Shown: piece after piece, positions 1 to 10,358 of the stretch
Layout of the letters: each line of letters opens with the position of its first letter
Position numbering within the stretch: the first letter of the stretch is position 1
Assembly: GCF_000181795.1 (NCBI RefSeq)
Contig: NW_003526941.1
Coordinates: 2,569,700 to 2,625,465, forward strand
Length of the DNA: 55,766 nt
Source of the DNA: Trichinella spiralis
Lineage: Eukaryota
Direction: 5' to 3'
Position numbers and translations under genes: made by a program
Notes under the pieces: model-generated
The model's input: only the letters and a program-made list of their open reading frames with translations
Told to the model about the DNA's origin: nothing
Database searches by the model: none

Positions 1-1089
1 ACAAACTTGTTAGCTATTTATAGTCGAAGAATGGGGTGTATTTTTGCGGGCAAGGACAGCTTGAGAAGGAAACCGCCCTTACGGGTTGTCGTCTAAATTT
101 CACCCCGTTCACTTGTGCCCTTTATTCATATTTTCAAGAAGTGCTGATCATTAATTTTCCAAATAATTAGAGAGAAGGTGTGACTGAAATTTTATTTTCA
201 TATTCCATGCTGCTTCTTGTTTTTCTATACCGATTAGGATTTTCAAAGAATGAATACAAAAAGCAAGTTTTTTTTTTAAATATTCTTCTCTATTTTCATC
301 GTCGTATTGGTAAGTAGTATACGGGTTAAGTTTGTTGTTCACACAGCGTGTAATTTTGGCTTTTCGTTTCTCGTTTTCAAAATTGTTCAAATAGAATGAA
401 AAAGTTAGGAAACAAACATGCAGAAAAATAGTTCAGTGGAATGTGGGAAAGAATAAGAGGAAAAAAATTAAAATTCCAAAACAAGAGTTTATCATTGTGT
501 GTAGAGAGAGGTAGGTGTTTGTTTAATCGAACTTGTGCTTCAAACTGTGCTTTGATTTCAGTTTGGAGTCTGTTATTGAGGTGAAAGTGAATAAAAAGCA
601 GATGAATTTCGAAGGAGGGAGGGGAATTTTGGCTACATTCAAGGCTTCATTTTGCAAATGTTGCCATTGTTTTTGCCTTCTTCCTTTCCCATTAATTATT
701 GCCTTGTCTGTTGGCATTTTTTTAACTCTGAAACTCTCTGAACGATTTCTGTTATACTACAAAAAGTATTGATGAAAAAAAAATGTTAAACTGAGGCATG
801 AATATTGACGCGAAACTGCGCTCATAGTTGATTTATATTATCCGTTTAATGAATGCTCTGCTTAATAAACGTTGCTTTCGAATGTGTCAGTTTTGAATCT
901 CTGTCGTCACTGCGTCGATGCGTCATGCTTTTAGGAAGTAATGAAATTTGATTTATTTGAGAGAGTAATGTTTTTTCATTTTCGTTTATTTAGCGTTGCA
1001 TCTTTTGGTCGAAGAATTTTTATTTATGAAAGAAGAATATATTATGCTTTTGGATTGATTGAATTTTTATTTTATTCATTTTTGTTTAG

Positions 1090-2054
1090 GCAATTTTGGA
1101 GTCAAAAGAACGACAGCTGACTTTGAACGAGATTTACAATTGGTTTCAGGACACGTTTTCATATTTTCGTCGCAACGCGGCTACGTGGAAGGTTTGTTTT
1201 CTATGAATTTTTATTAACAATAGCTAAATTTCAGATCAAACAAGTAAATAAATGATGGATGCATTGTTTGTCGGAAATAAATAAGCAATAAAAGAAGGGA
1301 CGGTGTTATTATTTGGGATGATTGCTAAATTGATATTTTAATTTCGATTTGGTTTTTCATATTGCTTGTTAATTAGAATGCCGTGAGACACAATTTGAGC
1401 TTGCACAAGTGCTTCATTCGTGTGGAGAATGTGAAAGGGGCGTTTTGGTCGGTTGATGAGGTGGAATTTTACAAACGTCGTAATCAACGTTTGTCGTTAC
1501 GTTTTTGGTGTCCAAGTGAACGCGGTTCGCCGTACAGTTTGGAGAATGTGAAAGCGGAAAATGATTCCCCATTTGACGATGGAACGATCGACGAGCAGGA
1601 GGATAACGTGGTCAGCGCGGCCGTGGCAAGTTTGGAAAATGACGCCGACCGAGAATTCATGGTCGACATGGATGAGGATGTAGTTCTTAATTCCAATGGT
1701 CAGAATTTGTGCGTCGACTCGAATTTGATCACAAATGCGGATCACAAGCTTGGATTGGATGACGACGAAGAAGATGATATTGAAGATACTGAAGAAGAGG
1801 ATGACAGTACACTTTGCAATGATAACGTTTTGCCGTTGTCAATCGCTGGCCAAAATTTATCAAGAATTGACATTGAACAACAACAGCAGCAACTACTGCT
1901 GCTAAATCAACAACAACAACAACAACAGCAACAACAACTGCAACTGCAATCACAGCAGCAGCAGCAGCAGCAGCAACAACAACAACAACAGCAACAGCAA
2001 CAACAGCAGCAACAGCAACAGCAACAGCACCATCAACAAAGTGCATTTTGTTGA
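1090..2054 (+). CDS. FoxP: Forkhead box P (FoxP/fkh-7-like) transcription factor, 3' exons only (1090-1191, 1377-2054)
   Basis: Spliced translation [69 protein letters not shown] is the FoxP forkhead domain. Acidic tail and polyQ follow. The 5' exons were not identified and may lie outside the window. Confidence 0.92.
1878..2039 (+). repeat. CAA/CAG trinucleotide tract encoding polyglutamine
   Basis: Mixed CAA/CAG runs in frame with the FoxP last exon. Confidence 0.95.
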
Positions 2055-4160
2055 GGCGGTCAATTTTTTTCTTCTGTTTTTTTTCTGTATCCACATAGCT
2101 TGTTTATTTTTTTTATTATACTTTCAAAAAAAGTGAGACTTTTCTTTTGCAAACTGAAAAGCAATCCTATGAGTATTTTATCTAGTTAGCATCATTATTT
2201 GTCATTTCGGTTTTCATCCATCATCAGATTGTTTGTTGAGGTTTCAATATTGTGGTATTTAAATTTCTTGTTTCCTCTTTCTATTTCATTTTCAACCTCT
2301 TTTTTTCTTCTTTTTTTCCAATATTTGATAAGTATCATTCTTTTTATATCACAAAATGCATTGCCAGAGTTGCATGTTCTGTTCTCAGACTCTGGTGAAT
2401 TTTGCTTGTTGTTGTTGTTGTTGTTGTAATAATGACAATAACTGTTGCAAAATTATCATTATTACAGTTTTCAACGCCATGTTTTCTTCTTATACAGTAT
2501 TCGACTTTTCCAAGCTTTGTCATATTTTGTCCCGTAAATGTTGTTTTGCATCTTTATCATTGTGTAAGTGGATTTTTTTAATTTATTTTTCTGCCGCTGC
2601 CTGAATCAGCGTGCAAGCAATTCTAACTTGTAACGTTCCTTGTTTTTTTTCTCTCTCTTTTCTTTGTTGTTTTGCTGCTAATTTTAAGCTGTTCAACAGG
2701 ACGCGTTCATTCACTTCGGGTCTTGTCACTGTTGCAACTGTTGTTGTATGCGATAATTTTTGTCCATTTTGTGCGTGTTATATACGGTTGCGCTCGTCAC
2801 TTCGGGTCACTTTTTGTCCCTTGAAAAAAATTCATGGAAAAGAAAGTAATCATCTGTTCTCCTCTCTCTCTCTCTCTCTCCTCTTCTCTTATTTATATGA
2901 ATATACATATACACATATAAGTATATTTATTCATTTATTTGTTTATTTGTTTGTTTAATTACTGTCCCATGGTATACTTTTTATATATATCATCCGCAGC
3001 CGGTAATAGCTGCTTTTTTATTTTATTTTTGTTATCGTCATCATTGTATCTTTTGCTTTTTCTTCTCTTCTCAAATAAGCAAAAGTATATATATTATCAT
3101 CTATACACATATACATACATATTTATTTATATATTCATTCATTCATTCATTCACTACATTTCATCCTCTCTTAGCATTCTTTTGTCACTTTCACTGTCAT
3201 ATGTACTGTCGTTATTTATTAATCAATTTTACGTTTTCTTTCTTGTTAACTGTTCGGTTGAGAACGACCGTACTGAAAGAAAGCGAGTGGATTGCTATTT
3301 CTCATATCTGCATTGGCATGTTTTGTTATGCCAATTATAGAATTTGATAAGCGAAACTGACTGACTACCTGTTACCTTACCAGTAAAAAGAATGCACTGT
3401 TCACCACAGCATTGCAGTGTTTGCTTGCTTTTACACACACAGGGTTCAACGACAGTATCATCATCATCAATTTATTACACGTAACTTCTTTTGTTTTGTT
3501 TTCCATTTGAATTTGTCTCACGTTATTGTTGTTTTGTTTCTTTATGTAAAAGCAATACAGATGAAATGTATGAATATCGATAACTTTTTTGAATATGGTA
3601 TATTAGATTAGCATCTAGTAAAGAGATTGTGAATGTTCGATTTGATTGATATGTAATTTGTAAAATCTGATCAGAAATTGTACAGTAGAATTAAGAGAAC
3701 AAAAGGAACAAGAAATGAAAGAGCTCATAGTGTGGACTAACTGTATTCGTTTTTGTTGTTTTGAATAATATGGAACAGATTTTTTACACTCAGACCAAAA
3801 GAGGAAGAAGCATGTAAGTGGTGAATTCGTCACCGATCCATCCCTAATTTGGTTAACACTACTGTTTGCTAAATATTGCAATTGTTTTGTTGAATTGTAA
3901 TTTTATGGCAAAAATCAGTGTATGTCGTGTTCATTTTCTAGGTTATCTGATATGTTCGCTGAAAACGCTTCTGAATGCACAACAAAGGTGAAAACTTTCT
4001 TGTCGACTTTTCTACCCGGTTGTTAATTGCCTGTGATTTTGTATCCTGATGAAGCTGAACACTATTACAGTTTTTAATTGAAAGAAATTCACTGATCCCA
4101 TTCCATATTTCTGTTAATAAATACTGGTAACGAATTCACAACTGATTATTTCTTTTCCAG

Positions 4161-4620
4161 ATGTGGATTTTGCTTACTCCAGTTTGCTGGGTGCAACGCA
4201 TTCAGACCACAACACCGCAGTGTTGTAAGCAAATATCCAACAATAACCAACCACTGAAGAGATAAGTATAAACGAGAATGGCATTCATTAGAAAACTGAA
4301 ATTAATATCAGTTTCAATTTGTTTTCTTTATTATTGTCAAATTGATGAACTGTAGAGATGCAGTCTATATCAAAATCTGTGGCAACAACCACAAAGTCAT
4401 CACTTTTGAAAATGTTGAAGTTTCAAATCAAGATCAGAAAGAAGCAGTTTGTAGAAATTGTTTGGCTTAATTTGTTCGCTTCGTTAATGGGCGCGTTTTG
4501 TATACAACGAGTAAACGGATCTGATTTTGCTCGACATGACCATTAATTAAGTCAAGTTTAAAATTAGCCGGACCGGTCGAAGCCGACTACGAGCAGGTTT
4601 CAGATGTCATGCCACAGTGA
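4161..4620 (+). CDS. Candidate orphan spliced coding segment (exons 4161-4224, 4356-4459, 4568-4620); 5' end unknown
   Basis: AG acceptors and GT donors join in compatible phases to give ...VDFAYSSLLGATHSDHNTAVLDAVYIKICGNNHKVITFENVEVSNQDQKEAVCRNSGPVEADYEQVSDVMPQ*. No family recognised. Confidence 0.3.
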
Positions 4621-5905
4621 CACACTATTTCATCATTATTGTTTGCTTTTAATTTATTTTTTCTATATTTCTTTCTCAGCTGATCACTGTATTTCCGTGG
4701 ACAGACAGGCAGACAGATAAAAAAGAGAAGTTTTGCTTTTTAGCATAATAGTTGGTTGATTCAATCAGAAATTTTATTCATTTATTTTATTTTTTTAAAT
4801 GAATCGCAATTCCTATTTGCAACAGATAAGTGGAACAAAAAGTAGGAACATCTACAGTAATTTATGTAAAATTCATCCTGCGCATTCTTTTGGAATACTG
4901 TACATTTTCTGAAAAAAGCGTTAGAAATATTTGAACTTGATAATAGGATACTGTAACTATGAATACTGCCGTCTTGTTTGATCGTTTGTATTCATGTAAT
5001 CATGTGCACTAGTAGCAATTACTCATTAATTTCTATTCCTAAATATGCATTCCTATTTTGCGACTGCTCTCCGTTTGACGTAACCTTACAAGTCACACGA
5101 GCGATATGCTTACGTGACCATATTTGGATGAATGAAACCGACAGCTTGACTTTCCCCGCTTGAGAGTTTACAATATGCACTATTAATTTTACGTAAGCTT
5201 CGTCGCTTACACATTTTATTCTTTCGATGTGAGAAAAACGATAAAAAATGTGTAACGGGTACAGTTGCGTTAACACTTAAAAGGAAGTCAAGATCGAAAG
5301 GAACTAAGTAGCAACGTAGAAAAAAACAATTCAATAATGATAATTACGTTTGCCGATTTAAAAGGAGAATGGCGTCTATCTAGTGGTGCAAACATTTTCC
5401 TATATATATGTATATATAGCGCGATCGTGGCGCTTTGTCAGTGTGAGTGAAAGTGTGTCGTTCGCTTGTGTTGTTAGTGTTCGTATCTGTTTGTGAATAA
5501 ACGTTAAAGACCAGTGATATGCCTCCCATGAATGACCGACAAAAGTCTACAGTAACCCAGAATGTTACAAATGTAATGCTGGTGGAGTAAAGCATTTTTT
5601 TGAAAAAAATACTCTACACATTTCATTTATACGCAGTAAATAAATGAACAATATGTTTAAAATAGTCATAAGTAGCTATCTTACTACAGTAAATAAATGT
5701 AAATTGAAAATAAGGTTCTCAACAATGTAGCCCATCACGTGATAATGAGATTAACGTAATGTTCCGTATGCAAAAGTATTATTGCATACGTCAATGTGTT
5801 TCTTTTTCCAGGATTCATAATTCCATTGATGGTGGTTTGTATTGTGGTGTGAAATCTCATCTTAGCAAAGTTCAAGGAATCAATTCGCGATACTTTGCGA
5901 ACGCG

Positions 5906-7326
5906 ATGGACAACCCACCGCAGCACCATTTTGATCCAGTGGCGCATGGATTGGATCCTACATTTCGACTAACTCAGTTTTCTGAATTGCGGGGATGAGG
6001 GTGCAAGGTGCCTCAAAAAGTGCTTACTGATTTGCTCAATAGTTGTGGTTTTGAATCAAAAAGAAACAGTTCATCTTCTAATCAAACAGATCTGCGCATT
6101 GGTTAGTAACATGTTGATCACCGTTGGACAACAGCTTTTGACGCTTTAGTTTTTCAGGTATCGGGATGGATAGCTGTGTTTTGCCAATTCAGGGTGGCAA
6201 ATTGTTATTAGTGCAAACTACTGATTTTTTTTATCCTCTTATCGATGATCCATATGCAATGGTAGTGTCGGTTTTGATTACGGCCAGCATTTGTCTTTAT
6301 TATATTTTTAGGGAAAAATTGCTTGCGCCAACACTTTGAGTGACTTGTATGCAATGGGTGTTACTGACTGCGATAACATGCTGATGTTGTTATCAGTCTC
6401 TAATAAGATGTCCGAACGTGAACGTGACGTTGTCATACCGCTGATGATGAAAGGTTTTAATGTGAGCTCAGTATTTTTTTTTTGATTTTTTAAAATCATT
6501 TTACTGTATTGTATTGTTTTAGGATTGTGCCCAGGAAGCTGAAACGCAAGTGGAAGGTGGCCAGTCGGTTTTGAATCCTTGGATTACGATCGGTGGCGTA
6601 GCAACGGCTGTTTGCCCTCCAGAAAACATAATTATGCCGTACAACCTCTGTCCAGGCGATGTGCTTGTGTTGACCAAACCACTCGGCACTCAATTGATGG
6701 TGAACGTTAAAAATTGGCTCGACTTGGAGCATTCAAAATTCAACAGCATACGACATGTGATCAGTGAGGAGTCTGTGCAAAAAGTGCACGATTATTCAGT
6801 GAAATCGATGATAAGACTGAACCGAACAGGTAACGTTTTCAGTTTGTTCATTCATTTCTTTTGCGCATGTTCTTATCAAATCTGGGCATATTGTAGCAGC
6901 GAAATTGATGCACAAGTACAATGCTCATGGTGCTACGGACATAACAGGATTTGGAATTGTTGGTCATGCGAACAATTTGGCGAAGATTCAGAAAAAGCCA
7001 GTCACCATTGTTATTGATAAATTACCTTTTTTGTATCGAATGGTAGAAGTAGCCAAAATTGCCGGTTGGCAACGGCTGCTGAATGGATTGTCTCCGGAGA
7101 CGTCAGGCAAGTCAATTGCTGAATGCATTTATTTTGAAATTTATACTGTTAGAGTTTAGGCGGATTGCTGATCGCAATGGCTCCCGATGAAGCGGTTCAA
7201 TTTTGCAATGAAATTGAACGCATAGAACATCAGCCCGCATGGATTGTTGGACATGTTGAAAAAGGAGAGAATGTTGCTCGTTTGAGTGAAAACTGTGCAC
7301 TTTTTGAGGTACCTTTACCTGACTGA
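5906..7326 (+). CDS. seld-1: Selenophosphate synthetase (SPS2/SelD), selenoprotein with in-frame TGA at 5996-5998; exons 5906-6101, 6158-6261, 6312-6461, 6523-6829, 6897-7106, 7160-7326
   Basis: Motifs [86 protein letters not shown] and ETSGGLL. Confidence 0.96.
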
Positions 7327-7345
7327 ATTTGAGAAAATAAGCAGA

Positions 7346-7407
7346 TGTTGTTTTTGACGCATACTCACTAAAGCTGTTCTCAAGCCGTGAATATGCCGAT
7401 GATGGCA
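7346..7407 (+). promoter_or_regulatory. Putative type-2 SECIS element in the SPS 3' UTR
   Basis: TGAC (7355-58), stem GCATACTCAC (7359-68), T, AAA (7370-72), mini-stem GCT..AGC, stem GTGAATATGC (7387-96, 9/10 paired), CGAT (7397-7400). Confidence 0.85.
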
Positions 7408-8928
7408 AACAGTTCTGATCATTTTCTGATTATGTTTGAAAAAGGTTTTATTTTGTTTTTCGAGTTCTGTTTTTATTATTGGTAAATGTTGAAAATTATA
7501 ACTGCAAATGCTCTAACATCATTATAATTTAACGTGGTTTGTGGATTTTGATAGACTTATTTTCATTTTTGTAATTGGAAAATGTAACACTTTCTTACTT
7601 GTTGCGTAATAAAATCTTTCTTACTGAAGAAGTAACTTTTTATTTCAAAGACTGCATATTGTTTTACATGAGAGAAAAGCTAATTCAAACGTATGCAACA
7701 GTAGTTTAAATGGAAGTGCTTTTAAAATTAATATCCTTTAACTAAAAATATATATTAATGCAAATTCAATGTTCAAAGTCATCACTGTGAAATAAAATGG
7801 ATAATTATTTCATTCTTTCTTGAAATCCAATCAAATTGCACTGAAACGTAGATCAAAAAGCAATTTTTAGTTGATTCGATCTATTTACTTTTAAAATTCA
7901 TACAATATTACAAAATGTAAATATTTATGCAAGGCCAATTTTATTATTTAAAAAACAAGGAGAAAACTGTTATTTTCCTATCAAATTTATTGCTACTTTA
8001 TAATCATTATGTTTACAGTATCGCTGTGTAGTTGGAAGTTCTTAGGCAATTGAGATATTTGCAGGTAATGTTTGTGCTTATTCTTTACTTTTAATAAATT
8101 TTAAATCATTGTTTATAACTTACACGAGTAATTGTGCGCCATGGTGGTTAATTGATTTGTTGTTTTTGAGTTGGCGAGCCTTTTACGAACGTTATGACTA
8201 ACTCGTGTGTCAGTTGCTAGTTTGCCTTGCTTGTATAATCTCTGGTCATTATTATTGTTTAATATTTATTTTTGTTTTTAGTTTTTAGTCTTTTATTTTG
8301 ATAATTACTGAGCATGTTTCCAATTTTGAATTTCAAACTGTGAAACTAAATGTTATCAGGCAACGGGTTTTGTTGAAGCTATGCAGCGTTTAAGTTGTTC
8401 TTGTTTTTCATGTAATGTTCAACAGAAACGCGATTGCAGAAGTCGCATTTGTTTGTAGTTAGTCGTAGTGAATACATGACCTTTCTTAAGTTCTCCGATA
8501 TCTTGAAAATAAAAAATGATGTACATCATTTTTGATGTAATGCAGAATGATAGGAAGAATTGTGTTCTGTAATAGAATCGAAGTGGATTTATTTCAGTGT
8601 TGAATTGTTGCAGTGTTGTTGTTTGTACGAATGCTGTGTGTGTTAAGTTTAGTTTAGTTTATAATAGCTTAATTTTATGGAAATATTTTCATATAGTTAG
8701 GTTTTTTTGCACTTACAGAGCGGCAGTTTGTAAGCAAGGACAGGGTGTTTGTTCATAATATTTCATAAATCCATGGTAATGTTTATTTTTTGATTTTAAA
8801 GTAAATTAAATTGTATGAACACTGATAATGTTGAACTTTATATTAATATTTGAATATTAAACTAATTTGAAATAATTTTCTGTAGATCCTCCAATACGGC
8901 ATTCGAAAGATAGCATTTGAACGGAAAA

Positions 8929-9805
8929 ATGGTGCTTACGGTAAAGTATATTTTTTGTTTTGCCATTTCTTTAGTTTTATATTTTAATATTGGGTAATTG
9001 GGTTAATATTGGGTATAATTAATTTATTGTATTTAAATTTAAACTTAAAGTATTTTTCGTTTGTTGTTTTAATCTCCCTCACTTTAACATGTTTGATTCG
9101 TGTATTTATATACTGTAAGTATTGTGAAAGCAAGATTGAATTCTTGTTTTGTTGAATTTTGAATGAGCTTAATTATTATTTATTTATTAAAGCTTATTTA
9201 AAATTTAAATTTTTTAATCTTAAATGAACGAGCTATTTTAAAATATTTCAGGATAGTACAATTACAGTGCGTACTCGTAAATTGATGACCAATCGTTTGC
9301 TTTGTCGCAAGCAGATGGTGAAATTGTCTAGTTTTCTATTTTTTTATCCACTAATTGTTTCAGTAATATTTGATTTTACAGATTGTCGATGTTATTCATC
9401 CAAATAAAGATGGAGTTTCAAAAGCTACCCTTTGTGAAATGCTTGCAAAGTCGTACAAAACTACGCCGGATGTTGTATTTTGTTTCGGCTTTCGAACTTG
9501 CTATGGTGGTGGCAGGTCATCCGGTTTTGCGTTGATTTATGACGCTCTGGATTATGCAAAAAAATTCGAACCCAAACATCGATTAGTCAGGGTAATTTTT
9601 ATAAATCATAATTGAGCAACTTGTCTGTTTTTCATTCGTTAAGCTGTTTTTTGATTTTGAACGGTCAACAACCGATTTTTAGAAAGGTTTGCTCACACGG
9701 GAGCGCACAGGCCGTAAACAGCGTAAAGAGCGTAAAAATCGTATGAAGAAGGTACGTGGTACGATGAAAAGCAAAGTGGGACAAGCTGCTAAAAAAGAAA
9801 AATGA
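8929..9805 (+). CDS. rps-24: 40S ribosomal protein S24 (eS24); exons ~8929-8940 (first exon uncertain), 9252-9317, 9382-9591, 9683-9805
   Basis: [29 protein letters not shown]...[20 protein letters not shown]...[11 protein letters not shown]|...[17 protein letters not shown]. Confidence 0.95.
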
Positions 9806-10358
9806 AACCGTAGTGTAATAATAATAATAGCAAATGGCTTCATTTTTGAGTAGCCACTGATCATACATTACGCTTTACGATTAAACGGTTTCTTCTGGAT
9901 CATGCATGAGGTTTGTTCATATGCATATTCAATAACTGATGTCGATTCTTTTCATAATTTTGATATTCAATGCAAAAACATGAAAAACGATTTCCTTTCA
10001 ACGGGTACAAAATCATGGTAGCACAGAGCGAACAAGCAACTCCGTTACTTTGCCGATTCTGATAGTGTAAGTGTAAAAGAAAACAGGAAGAGCTGAATTT
10101 TTGTAAAGAAGAAAAAGAATAATTATTTTTCAGCTAGAATATAATATGACTGATTATTGTACATCAGCAGAAAATGAATTGCAAACCAAGAAGAAACAGA
10201 TGAAAAAGAGAAAAAAATTGAAAGATGATAGATAGAGGTGGGCGTAGTTATAAGCGAATAGAAAATAAATTCAAACTAAATGGAGCAAGATGGGCAAAAT
10301 GTAAACCTTGGATAAACAGCAATCAATTATTAAGAATATTTTCACTGCTATCCGAACG

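Noticed and set aside
1729..2094. Val/Ala-rich minus-strand ORF
   Set aside because: Antisense shadow of the CAA/CAG tract.
2199..3611. Hydrophobic Phe/Leu/Ile-rich ORFs
   Set aside because: Products of T-rich low-complexity sequence, probably the FoxP 3' UTR or intergenic DNA.
5759..5998. 79-aa ORF ending at TGA, read as a separate peptide or as evidence of an SPS pseudogene
   Set aside because: The TGA sits exactly at the Sec position, all downstream exons are intact and a SECIS-like element is present.
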